From: an uncultured Desulfurococcaceae archaeon
Lineage (GTDB): Archaea > Thermoproteota > Thermoprotei_A > Sulfolobales > NBVN01
Direction: 5' to 3'
Assembly (NCBI GenBank): GCA_964592745.1
Contig: CAZQFL010000004.1
Coordinates: 16,041 to 80,040 of the forward strand
Length of the DNA: 64,000 bases
Shown: piece after piece, positions 48,283 through 56,763 of the stretch
Layout of the letters: each line of letters begins with the position of its first letter
Numbering within the stretch: position 1 is the first letter of the stretch
The notes under the pieces: generated by a model
What the model was told of the DNA's origin: nothing
The model's input: the letters and a program-made list of their open reading frames with translations, nothing else
Databases searched by the model: none
Translations under genes and position numbers: made by a program

Positions 48283-49262
48283 ATGTGGCACGCACAAACA
48301 CTATATTAGAGGTTAAAAATCTAAGTGTAAATTATGTTACTCTTGAAGGAATAATTAGAGCTGTAAGAAAATTATCATTTAAGTTGTATGAAGGAGAATC
48401 TTTATGTGTTGTTGGTGAGTCAGGTTCCGGAAAGTCAACTGTCGGCTTAGCCATAATTAAGGCATTACCATCAAATGCCGTGATAGAGAGTGGAGAAATA
48501 ATTCTTGAGGGTAAGGATCTACTTAAGTTAAGTGATGAGGTAATGTCAAGAGAAATTAGAGGTAAAAAGATATCAATGATATTTCAGGACCCTGCTGCAA
48601 CATTTAATCCATTATTTACTATAGGTCAAACGCTTTCTGATGTAATAAAATATCATTTAGGAATAAAGGATAAGCGTGAACTTAGTAAGCGAGTTATAAG
48701 TATGTTACGTACTGTAGGCTTACCCGATCCTGAGAGAGTTGCCAGGTCATATCCGCATGAATTAAGCGGAGGCATGCTTCAAAGAGCTGCTATAGCTGTA
48801 GCTTTATCTACTAATCCGAGGGTTTTGATAGCTGATGAACCAACAACGATGCTTGATGTAACTCTTCAAGCACAGATACTCGATCTTCTAGCTAAGCTTA
48901 AAGAGGAGTTTAATTTGTCTGTAATATTCATTACGCATAATCTAGGTGTAGCAGCTGAAGTATGTGATAGAGTACTAGTTATGTATGCTGGAATAGCTTT
49001 TGAGTTAGGTCCATGCTCTGATGTACTCTTAAATCCTTTACACCCATATACAAGGAAATTACTTGAATGTGTTCCTAGAGCTCATAGGAAGGTTGAAAAA
49101 CTCAAATATATACCTGGCATGCTACCTGATCCGAGAAACTTACCTACTGGCTGTCCGTTTGCTCCTAGATGTGATGAAGCAATGGAGATATGTAGAAAGT
49201 CTTTACCTAAGTTAGTGGAGGTTAAACCTAACCATAAAGTAGCGTGTCATAAGTACTCATGA
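48279..49262 (+). CDS. Dpp/Opp-type ABC transporter ATP-binding protein (DppD-like)
   Basis: Walker A GESGSGKST, signature LSGGMLQR, ADEPTTMLD, and a C-terminal oligopeptide_C Cys motif (GCPFAPRC). Confidence 0.85.
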   Translation: MNVARTNTILEVKNLSVNYVTLEGIIRAVRKLSFKLYEGESLCVVGESGSGKSTVGLAIIKALPSNAVIESGEIILEGKDLLKLSDEVMSREIRGKKISMIFQDPAATFNPLFTIGQTLSDVIKYHLGIKDKRELSKRVISMLRTVGLPDPERVARSYPHELSGGMLQRAAIAVALSTNPRVLIADEPTTMLDVTLQAQILDLLAKLKEEFNLSVIFITHNLGVAAEVCDRVLVMYAGIAFELGPCSDVLLNPLHPYTRKLLECVPRAHRKVEKLKYIPGMLPDPRNLPTGCPFAPRCDEAMEICRKSLPKLVEVKPNHKVACHKYS

Positions 49263-49272
49263 GGGAGGTTCA

Positions 49273-50238
49273 ATGACGCTCCTCGAAGTCATCAATTTAA
49301 GAAAGTACTTCCCGATCAGGAGAGGTATATTAGGAAGGATTGTTGGTTATGTAAAAGCAGTTGATGGTGTGTCATTCCATATTGGTGAGGATGAAGTCTT
49401 TTCGTTAGTTGGTGAGTCAGGTTCAGGGAAGACCACAGTAGCTAGGTGTATATTAAGACTTTACGAGCCTACAGATGGAAAAATAGTATTTGAGGGTAAA
49501 GACATAACTAAGCTTAAGGGTAAGGAGCTTAAAGATTATCGAAGGAAGGTGCAGGCAGTATTTCAAAATCCTTTCTTATCACTTAATCCTAGGATGAGGA
49601 TTGTAGACATAGTTGCTGAGCCATTATTAGCCCACATGAAAATAAGCCGTAATGAAGCTAGGAAGGAGGCTATTGAGCTACTTGAAAGGGTAGGTCTCTC
49701 ATCCTCACTAGCTAGGAGGTTCCCTAGCGACCTTAGTGGTGGTCAAGCACAGAGAGTAGCTATAGCTAGAGCTCTAGCACTTAAACCTAGACTTATAATC
49801 TTAGATGAGCCGACATCAGCTCTTGACGTATCAGTTCAAGCACAGATACTTAACTTGCTAGATGATTTAAGGAAGGAATTTAAACTATCGTACTTATTGA
49901 TATCTCATGACTTATCCGTTGTTAGGTACATAAGTGACTATGTAGCAGTAATGTATTTAGGGAAGATAGTTGAGAGTGCGCCAACAGAGGAATTATTTAG
50001 TAATCCACTACATCCATACACTAAAGCATTATTGTCAGCAGTACCCGAACCAGACCCTAGACTTAAGAAGTTAAGAAAGAGGATAACGCTACCTGGAGAA
50101 CCACCAAGTGCTATAAATCCACCACCTGGTTGTAGGCTACATCCTAGGTGTCCATATGCTACGGAGAGGTGTAGAAGGGAAGAACCAGAATTAAAGCATG
50201 TAGGTGGTAACCACTATGTTAGATGCTGGCTCTTATAA
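49273..50238 (+). CDS. Dpp/Opp-type ABC transporter ATP-binding protein (DppF-like)
   Basis: Walker A GESGSGKTT, LSGGQAQR, LDEPTSALD, and C-terminal GCRLHPRCPYATERC. Confidence 0.85.
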   Translation: MTLLEVINLRKYFPIRRGILGRIVGYVKAVDGVSFHIGEDEVFSLVGESGSGKTTVARCILRLYEPTDGKIVFEGKDITKLKGKELKDYRRKVQAVFQNPFLSLNPRMRIVDIVAEPLLAHMKISRNEARKEAIELLERVGLSSSLARRFPSDLSGGQAQRVAIARALALKPRLIILDEPTSALDVSVQAQILNLLDDLRKEFKLSYLLISHDLSVVRYISDYVAVMYLGKIVESAPTEELFSNPLHPYTKALLSAVPEPDPRLKKLRKRITLPGEPPSAINPPPGCRLHPRCPYATERCRREEPELKHVGGNHYVRCWLL

Positions 50239-50280
50239 CTCCATTCTCAATATAGAGATGTTAATATAGCGATTTCAGTA

Positions 50281-50290
50281 AAAAATTTAA
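50281..50290 (+). promoter_or_regulatory. TATA-like box for tRNA-Val
   Basis: AAAAATTTAA lies about 33-42 nt upstream of the tRNA 5' end (50323), in an otherwise mixed-composition spacer. Confidence 0.3.
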
Positions 50291-50322
50291 TTGAGCTCAT
50301 ATACCTAACATTCAGGGTGTTG

Positions 50323-50400
50323 GGGCCCGTCGTCTAGCCTGGTTAGGACGCCGCCCTTACGAGGCGGAGGTCCGGGGTTCAAATCCCCGCGGGCCCACCA
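50323..50400 (+). tRNA. tRNA-Val (anticodon UAC), 3' CCA encoded
   Basis: Hand-folded cloverleaf. Acceptor GGGCCCG/CGGGCCC, D stem GUCU/GGAC, anticodon stem CCGCC/GGCGG with loop CUUACGA, variable AGGUC, T arm CGGGG-UUCAAAU-CCCCG, discriminator A, then CCA. 78 nt, no intron. Confidence 0.93.
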
Positions 50401-50587
50401 GTTCTTGCCTCAATTTCAAACCTTCAATGTTAATGATTGGTGTGATCAATGTCGTATCAATACTGTCAATTAGTAATTCCTTGATGTACGTTCATCCAGT
50501 TATTAAGTAATCTCCTCGATTAGTATTCATCAATCATATTAACGCACATATCATACGCTATATTAATACAAAATATGAATAATTTTA

Positions 50588-51999
50588 ATGGGTATGAACT
50601 ATGTAGGTGTTAGTATGAGACGTATTTTGAGGTACGTTGCAATGATAGTTACTTTCATATTAATTTTAACGTCTATAGCTATGGTTTCCTCACATGCAGG
50701 AAGTACTTGGCTTAGTGGCTGGACATATAGACGAGTTATATACATTGAGGAAAGAGCTGGTGTTGACCTTGTAGATTATTATATAAGGGTGGAGCTGAAT
50801 TCAAGCTTCTTTGACTTCTCTAAGGTAAATACTGATGGCTCTACATCAGATTTAAGGATTCCCAAGGTAATCAATTACCTTTCTACATTATTAAATGGGA
50901 TTATAGTAAGTCAGCTATCATATGGATTAGGATGCCATTAGTGAATGCGTCCTCCGTAGCAAAATATTCTTGTATTATAGTAACCCCAAAGCTGTAAAAC
51001 TAACGTGCACATTCGATGATGAATTTAAATACTTTATGGAGATTAGAACTATAACAGTTCCTGAGCAAGCTGCACCAAAACAGTAGTTCTGATTTAACTT
51101 TCCATATGAGTTTGAGGCCGCCAGTAGTTATTGCTAAGCCTGACCTCACGTCTCACGGAACTGCTGATGAGCTTAGATGGAGATTAAAGGACATATCGAC
51201 CACGGGATTTTACATAATGCAGTAAGAACCTTCAGGTGCTGATGGTAAGCATGTAGGTGAAGACGTATCTTACATAGCAATTCCCGAGGGTAGCTAGATC
51301 GCATTATATGATTTAATAAATGGAACAGGTGTGAGGATGGAATCTGGTAGGTTTAAAACTAATAAGTGGTTAGGTGGTAATGTAGGTGAGTCCAATAATC
51401 AATGGAATGTAGTGAAGTATTATTATCCATTCAACACGCCACCCATAGTATTTACACAAATACAAGACTTTTACATACACAAAATTAGCACAGACAAGAT
51501 TCGAATTCCGATGTACCTACATTTCTAATACATCACCTGAGCCTCAGGGAAGCAACCCATCTCCTAGTACTACAGTAACTATTAGTTGGTTAGCTGTTGA
51601 AAGACACTTGATCCCAGGCTTCTTAGAGACTGGTATTAAGGAAAATATAGATGAAGTTATACTAAGATAAACTTCCAGCAGACCTACTCACAAAAACTGC
51701 ATCTAATAGCGTGGATGCAGACATATAATGGTTCAGACTCTGCAGGAGTTAGGGGTCAAAGTTTATCAGAAAGTAGGATTGAAGTATGTATCAAGGAGGA
51801 TAGAACATACGACTACGAAAGAGACCATGTCTATGAAGATATAGGCTATTATGCAGTTAGAGGTGATGTTAATAGGGTATACCTTCAAATATACGTAGAC
51901 CCTCCACCATTGATAACCATTTGGTTCAGAAACAAAGCTAGCCGTAGTTGGGGGCCTCATGGAATACGACGTAACTTAGTCAAATACCGATTATCATAA
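50588..51999 (+). pseudogene. decayed gene for a large secreted/surface protein (DUF2341-like N-terminal module plus repeated beta-rich modules), with multiple frameshifts and stops
   Basis: Signal-anchor N-terminus, then WTYRRVIYIE...DYYIRVELN...DLR. The expected continuation (SQGNQLPFYIIKWDYSKSAIIWIRMPLVNASSVAK, then IFLYYSNPKAV) is found only by switching frame twice (~50855-50865 and the A-run 50961-50964). Further fragments (PPVVIAKPDLTSHGTADELRWRLKDISTTGFYIMQ-stop at 51223-51225, FNTPPIVFTQIQ..., QTYNGSDSAGVRGQSL...) lie in different frames. Confidence 0.7.
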
Positions 52000-52448
52000 C
52001 TTAAAGTATGAGTTACTTCTTATTACAATCCTTAATGTGCTTCACAATCATAGCATTAATTGTCATATTTAAGTAAAGTATATACCTAAATTTAATAATC
52101 TACGATAATGAGACAAGAACTAAGAAGGTCTTAAAGATATATTAAATAAAATTAAGATAATTAAACTAACTACCATTGATAATTTTAACTTACCATAAGG
52201 TTACCTAGTTAAGTATAATTAATCATAGTTATGGGAGAACGGATAGGATATCATAATGAGTACCTAGGAGTACTAAATAACTTTATTTTTCATGGACGTG
52301 ATCCTTGTCTAAACATTATTTAGTGCTGAATAGAAAGTTACATTTACTCTCCAAGTAGGGCTCACATTTTAGAGCAGTTACATAGGTTAATGTCATTAAT
52401 ACTTTAGAGACTGAAGATCGCATCTTGGCAAAAATTACAGACGTGATT

Positions 52449-53627
52449 TTATGAATTACATGTTATGTCATTAACGATAATTAAATTATCTCTTAGTTTT
52501 AGTACAGGGCAGATTCTATGTAGTAAGGCACTATCCTTAAGCACTTTGATAAGTTTTCTTTCATGATTTCTTAAGATTTTGCTAACCACTCTCGGATATT
52601 GCGTTAATGTATCACCACATAAGTAGTTCACGCATATTACCTTGTAAAAGATTTCATCTAATTTGTTTAGATCTATTGGACCATACGTTTTTACGTAGTT
52701 ATATATCTCGTATAGTGTGGGTCTTAATGCTACATTATTACTGTTATTTATTAAGTAAATACCGCAACAATCAGGTGATGTATGTATACTGTATAGTCCC
52801 TCCTTACATGTTGCAAATGTTATTCCAACATTCATCAACTCTCTATAAAGAGTAATATATTCATGAAGCAAACTTTTCAGACTTATTTTAACTACTCTTG
52901 ATTTACTCACTAATGAATAAGGCTGTAAATCAACTTTAATCTCAGGTTTTAGTATTTTTAATAATTTACTTATGTTATTAAGCTCAAGTCTTAAACCTTC
53001 AACGATTACGTGTTTAATGTTCAAGTCTTTAAATAAGCTAGTTAATTCCTTAATACTAGGATACGTACTTACATATGGTATAAATGGTGATAACCTAATG
53101 ACTATAGGTAAGTCTGTGGAAGATATATCCCTTAGTGCTTTAAGTCTCTCACTTGGTGATGGGGCATTTACTTCAAGAAGTTTAGAAACGGAATCATTAA
53201 TTGTTGTTATAGATACTTGAAGTATGGCTAAAGACCTATCTAATAGTTTCTTAACTACATCATACCATGGTTTCCTAATGTAGAGAACACCCTTAGTATT
53301 TATTATTACTGGATATTCATGTTTAAGACATTCCTTAAGTATAGCTAATGATGCCTTAGCCTTGACCTCCAATGAATGGAAAGGATCAGATAATGTTGAT
53401 AATCGTAAAGGAATAGGTTTAAGTCCCTTCCTTATTACGGATCTTATGAATTTCTTCACTAAAGCTATTGCAAAATTATTGACATTTACGGATAAAGTCC
53501 TCCAATACCACCTACTGTAACAATACCAGCATCTGAAATCACAAGAAGTGTAAGGTTCTGCCCTCAATAGGGAATAACAGTATGGGGATACGTAATTACT
53601 GACATTAATTACTAGCGTTGAAGTCAT
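52449..53627 (-). CDS. radical SAM protein, SplB/COG1533-like (spore-photoproduct-lyase-type fold family), function unknown
   Basis: 392 aa. N-terminal RAEPYTSCDFRCWYCYSRW (CX3CX2C close to the N-terminus, as in COG1533 proteins). The start codon overlaps the upstream stop (TAATG). Confidence 0.7.
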   Translation of the reverse strand: MTSTLVINVSNYVSPYCYSLLRAEPYTSCDFRCWYCYSRWYWRTLSVNVNNFAIALVKKFIRSVIRKGLKPIPLRLSTLSDPFHSLEVKAKASLAILKECLKHEYPVIINTKGVLYIRKPWYDVVKKLLDRSLAILQVSITTINDSVSKLLEVNAPSPSERLKALRDISSTDLPIVIRLSPFIPYVSTYPSIKELTSLFKDLNIKHVIVEGLRLELNNISKLLKILKPEIKVDLQPYSLVSKSRVVKISLKSLLHEYITLYRELMNVGITFATCKEGLYSIHTSPDCCGIYLINNSNNVALRPTLYEIYNYVKTYGPIDLNKLDEIFYKVICVNYLCGDTLTQYPRVVSKILRNHERKLIKVLKDSALLHRICPVLKLRDNLIIVNDITCNS

Positions 53628-54190
53628 TATTTAAGACCTTCACACCCTAAAATAGCACTTACGACATTATTAACAACTTTAGCATAGTCTTTAGGTAGTA
53701 AGTTGATGTAATCATTAATGGCTTTTAAGCACCCATTAATGATGTCTCTCACATCCCTATATCCTAAGTCATCGTATCTTAAACCTTGAATGTATGTTGC
53801 CAGATTATCTGATAATTTTATAAGTATTGCCTCAATGCTTGCTAATTCACTCAACTCCTTTAACTCCTTGCTAAACTCATTAAGCCCCAACTCTTTAAGA
53901 GCCATTAAGTCAAGCTTATCAATACTTGGTACTTTATCCTTGACCCACTTAACAATATCACCTTCAATTGCTTCAGGTATATCATGTAGTAAAGCTAGTG
54001 TTAACACCTTACCTGTATTGATATGTAGACCATCCTTAATTAATTCCTTACTTATTAATAGAGCTAGAGTAGCTACTAAGAATGTATGTTCAGCAACTGT
54101 TTCAGCAATTGATGGTGGCACACCTCTAAGTAACCATCCAGTTCTTGGTAGATTACATAGACTTACCAACTTCTTCACGATCTCCTTCAT
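53627..54190 (-). CDS. HD-domain phosphohydrolase, YfbR-like 5'-deoxynucleotidase family
   Basis: 187 aa. H (VAEHTF), HD (LLHDIPEAIEGD) and the downstream acidic residues, in YfbR-like spacing. ATGA overlap with the upstream gene. Confidence 0.7.
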   Translation of the reverse strand: MKEIVKKLVSLCNLPRTGWLLRGVPPSIAETVAEHTFLVATLALLISKELIKDGLHINTGKVLTLALLHDIPEAIEGDIVKWVKDKVPSIDKLDLMALKELGLNEFSKELKELSELASIEAILIKLSDNLATYIQGLRYDDLGYRDVRDIINGCLKAINDYINLLPKDYAKVVNNVVSAILGCEGLK

Positions 54191-54975
54191 GGAAATACCC
54201 TCCTCTCACTATCGCCTACCCTAATAAATACCTCAACATATTTCTCAAGACCGCTAGTCATAATCTTAGGCCTCAATACTGCCTCAATCTGAAAGAGACC
54301 AGCATAATCGTTCATCACTACATCAATCCTAGCAGGCCTATCAACACCCTTACTAAGATAAACTCTCTTAACACTAAGGGCTGATACTGCATGCATATCT
54401 AACTTACCTAATTTATATGGTATTCTAGCTCTACCTTCAGCCATATCGGTACCATCTGCTATTTTAACGACACCTGCCTCCATGGTTAGTGCTTGAACTG
54501 AAGTCTCAGTAGCATATATTGCGTGCATTATTTCCTGTCTTAATGCCACCAATCTCCTCTTATCATCAGTTAGCACTATTTCAGGTAGTAACCTATCAAG
54601 TATATCCTTAGCTAGTAAGGCACCTAGTAACTCATGGTTATCCCTATGTATAGCATTACCTATATCGTGAAGGTATGAGGCCATTAGGACAATCAATTTA
54701 GCCTCATCAATACTTCGAGCAGTTCCATTAACTACGGTAGTAGGTCTTAAACCAGCACTCAATAATAGTTCAAATAGTTCTAGGGATGATCCAGCAACTA
54801 TGCGAGAATGCACTATTCCATGATCATTATATTTAAGCCTACTTACAGCCATAACATTTGACATACTAATAAGTTCTTGAACCTCATCATCACTTTCCAA
54901 TAGGTTGTATGCTCTAAGAAGTAACTCGGAACCCCTAACATGCCTATATACCAAGTCAGGGCTTACTACAATCAT
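54187..54975 (-). CDS. HD-domain metal-dependent phosphohydrolase (262 aa, archaeal type)
   Basis: HGIVHSRIVAG (H), ASYLHDIGNAIHRDNHE (HD..H), KIADGTD (D). The C-terminal ~90 aa is an additional beta-rich domain. Confidence 0.7.
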   Translation of the reverse strand: MIVVSPDLVYRHVRGSELLLRAYNLLESDDEVQELISMSNVMAVSRLKYNDHGIVHSRIVAGSSLELFELLLSAGLRPTTVVNGTARSIDEAKLIVLMASYLHDIGNAIHRDNHELLGALLAKDILDRLLPEIVLTDDKRRLVALRQEIMHAIYATETSVQALTMEAGVVKIADGTDMAEGRARIPYKLGKLDMHAVSALSVKRVYLSKGVDRPARIDVVMNDYAGLFQIEAVLRPKIMTSGLEKYVEVFIRVGDSERRVFP

Positions 54976-55120
54976 TAATCACACACTATATACTCTCTGC
55001 ATTCTGAGCTTAAGTTAATACATCATAATCGCATATTGTGACCCTACGGGTTTAATTAATTAGAACCCCATGTGAAATTAATTACGCCTCATAATAATAA
55101 AAGCCCTGGAAATTTTTAGT

Positions 55121-55176
55121 TTATGGATGATGAAGAAGAGCCGAGATGATTTGATGAATTAATTATCCTCGTCTGA
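55121..55176 (+). ncRNA. candidate C/D-box sRNA (copy a)
   Basis: TTATGG, then AUGAUGA (55127-55133), 12 nt, AUGA (D'-like, 55146-55149), UUGAUGA/AUGAAUU (C'-like, 55151-55160), then CUGA (55173-55176). ~56 nt. TATA-like ATAATAATAAAA at 55091-55102. Confidence 0.45.
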
Positions 55177-55236
55177 CTTAGTAAATCTCTAATACACAAA
55201 TAATCAAAACCTTAATATTACGTTTAAGTACCATTC

Positions 55237-55298
55237 TTATGGATGACCGGAGTTACCGGCGCTGAGTCATGATGAGCCTAGACCAGAGGGACTCATAA
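55237..55298 (+). ncRNA. candidate C/D-box-like sRNA (copy b, atypical D box)
   Basis: TTATGG, then AUGACCG (55243-55249), 12 nt, CUGA (55262-55265), 3 nt, and a perfect AUGAUGA (55269-55275). No canonical terminal CUGA (GGGA/CUCA at 55288-55295). TTATG 55237-41 can pair with CATAA 55294-98. The 3' end overlaps the GT2 stop codon. Confidence 0.3.
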
Positions 55299-56756
55299 TT
55301 CAACATGCTTTTCTGCATTAGTTTGTACGTAGATAAATGCTACAATACAGATTAAAGTCCATAAAATGGTGAATAAGGCATGTCCCCTAATAGTCATTAG
55401 AATTAAGAATATCGTAAGAATTACCGTAAGTAATCTTTCAATTTTAAAGGCTGACGTAAATATGTTCTCTCGTGATCCCTTAGGCGTTATCCTATAACTC
55501 ATGGTTTTAGAAATAAGGCCCTTGGAGAAGTAGTAAAGTATTAGTGGGGATAGCGTAAGTGTTAAAGCACCTGATGTACCCATTAATCTAACAAGTTTAA
55601 GCTTACTCGCACCTAACAATTTAAAGACGTTACTATGTCTTAATGAATGGTAATATAATAATCCATAAAGACCTATTAATGCAAATATTAGTCCTGATGC
55701 CCAAACATTTAGGAAAACTATATCATTATTTAACGTAATGGTTAATATAGGTATTACAAATAAGGATAAACCAAGTATTGCCTGTGGTAGGTATTGGGCT
55801 AGAAAGAGAATTGCTTCTAATTTACGAAGCATGGGATAAGGTGCCTTTACTATATGCTTGAACATTCTCCTCAATACATTAGTTGCTCCGAAAGCCCAAC
55901 GGGATTGCTGAATTTTTAGTGCTCCATAAGTTGATGGTACCAATACCTTAACTTCCGCATCATCAACGTATCCTACCTTTAAACCTGTACTTAAGAATTT
56001 ACTACCAATATACATGTCATCCTGAATTACCGTAGGATCCCATAAACCTACCCTTAATAATGATTCTCTCTTAAATAGCGTTCCTGAACCTAAAGGAAAT
56101 GTAAATAACTTGAGTATAGCTCTACCCCTATATATCGTGTCGACTATGAACTTCATTGATGCGGCTATTGATCGAGCCAACTTAGTTGATTTTAGCCAGT
56201 ACCCACTCCACCTACCAACACAAGCATCAAAACCTGAATCTATGCATTCAATGAGTTTAGATATATAACCCTCTGTAGGTCTAGAGTCAACATCAAGTAT
56301 TAAGATTAGATCACCTGAGGCTTTAAGCACTCCGTAATTTAAGGCTGCAGCCCTTCCTGGAGGCCCTTCATCCCTATTTACGAATTTCACATTTAAGTGG
56401 TACTTTTTAGCTTTTTCATTAACGATACCTGCAATTCTTGCCGCCGCTTCTGGAGGATCATCACTGATTATTAATACCTCATGATCATCTCCGAGCTCAG
56501 GTTTTAACATACTCAAGTGCTTTAGTGCACTAACAATTAATTCTATAGGTTCATTCTTTACTGGTATTACTATTGATAATCTGTGATTCTTACTTAACGA
56601 TGTTACGTTATTTTTATCGGAAATTACTCGTAAATGTCCTTTCTGCCTCTTCCTTGCAATGCCTACAAGATAATATAAGGAGTGTAGTGTAAGTAGTAAG
56701 AGCGGTGGTAATATTAGTAAAATAAATGTTAGTAATTTAATTATGTATAGGTTCAA
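55293..56756 (-). CDS. family 2 glycosyltransferase, membrane-integrated processive synthase type
   Basis: 487 aa. N-terminal TM, SIVIPVKNEP, LILDVDSRP (DxD), QQSRWAFG (QxxRW), then 4-5 C-terminal TM helices. Confidence 0.8.
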   Translation of the reverse strand: MNLYIIKLLTFILLILPPLLLLTLHSLYYLVGIARKRQKGHLRVISDKNNVTSLSKNHRLSIVIPVKNEPIELIVSALKHLSMLKPELGDDHEVLIISDDPPEAAARIAGIVNEKAKKYHLNVKFVNRDEGPPGRAAALNYGVLKASGDLILILDVDSRPTEGYISKLIECIDSGFDACVGRWSGYWLKSTKLARSIAASMKFIVDTIYRGRAILKLFTFPLGSGTLFKRESLLRVGLWDPTVIQDDMYIGSKFLSTGLKVGYVDDAEVKVLVPSTYGALKIQQSRWAFGATNVLRRMFKHIVKAPYPMLRKLEAILFLAQYLPQAILGLSLFVIPILTITLNNDIVFLNVWASGLIFALIGLYGLLYYHSLRHSNVFKLLGASKLKLVRLMGTSGALTLTLSPLILYYFSKGLISKTMSYRITPKGSRENIFTSAFKIERLLTVILTIFLILMTIRGHALFTILWTLICIVAFIYVQTNAEKHVEL

Positions 56757-56763
56757 ATTATCA

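Noticed and set aside
50410-50470. Cluster of five TCAAT pentamers just after tRNA-Val (50410, 50424, 50446, 50457, 50466)
   Set aside because: The motif is short and AT-rich, the spacing is irregular (14, 22, 11, 9 nt), and there are no longer shared flanks. This is within chance expectation for AT-rich DNA, and it is not CRISPR-like or convincingly iteron-like.
53790-54384. ORFs 53790..54224(+) and 54145..54384(+) opposite the HD genes; likewise 52607..53220(+), 57113..58255(+) and 59291..59792(+)
   Set aside because: They are shadow ORFs opposite genes with clear HD, radical SAM or MOFRL motifs.
50323-55290. Possible integrated mobile element using tRNA-Val as the att site
   Set aside because: I found no integrase or other mobile-element gene and no second copy of the tRNA 3' half (GGTTCAAATCCCCGCGGGCCC) downstream. 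The region is flagged only as disturbed (pseudogene plus an AT-rich gap).
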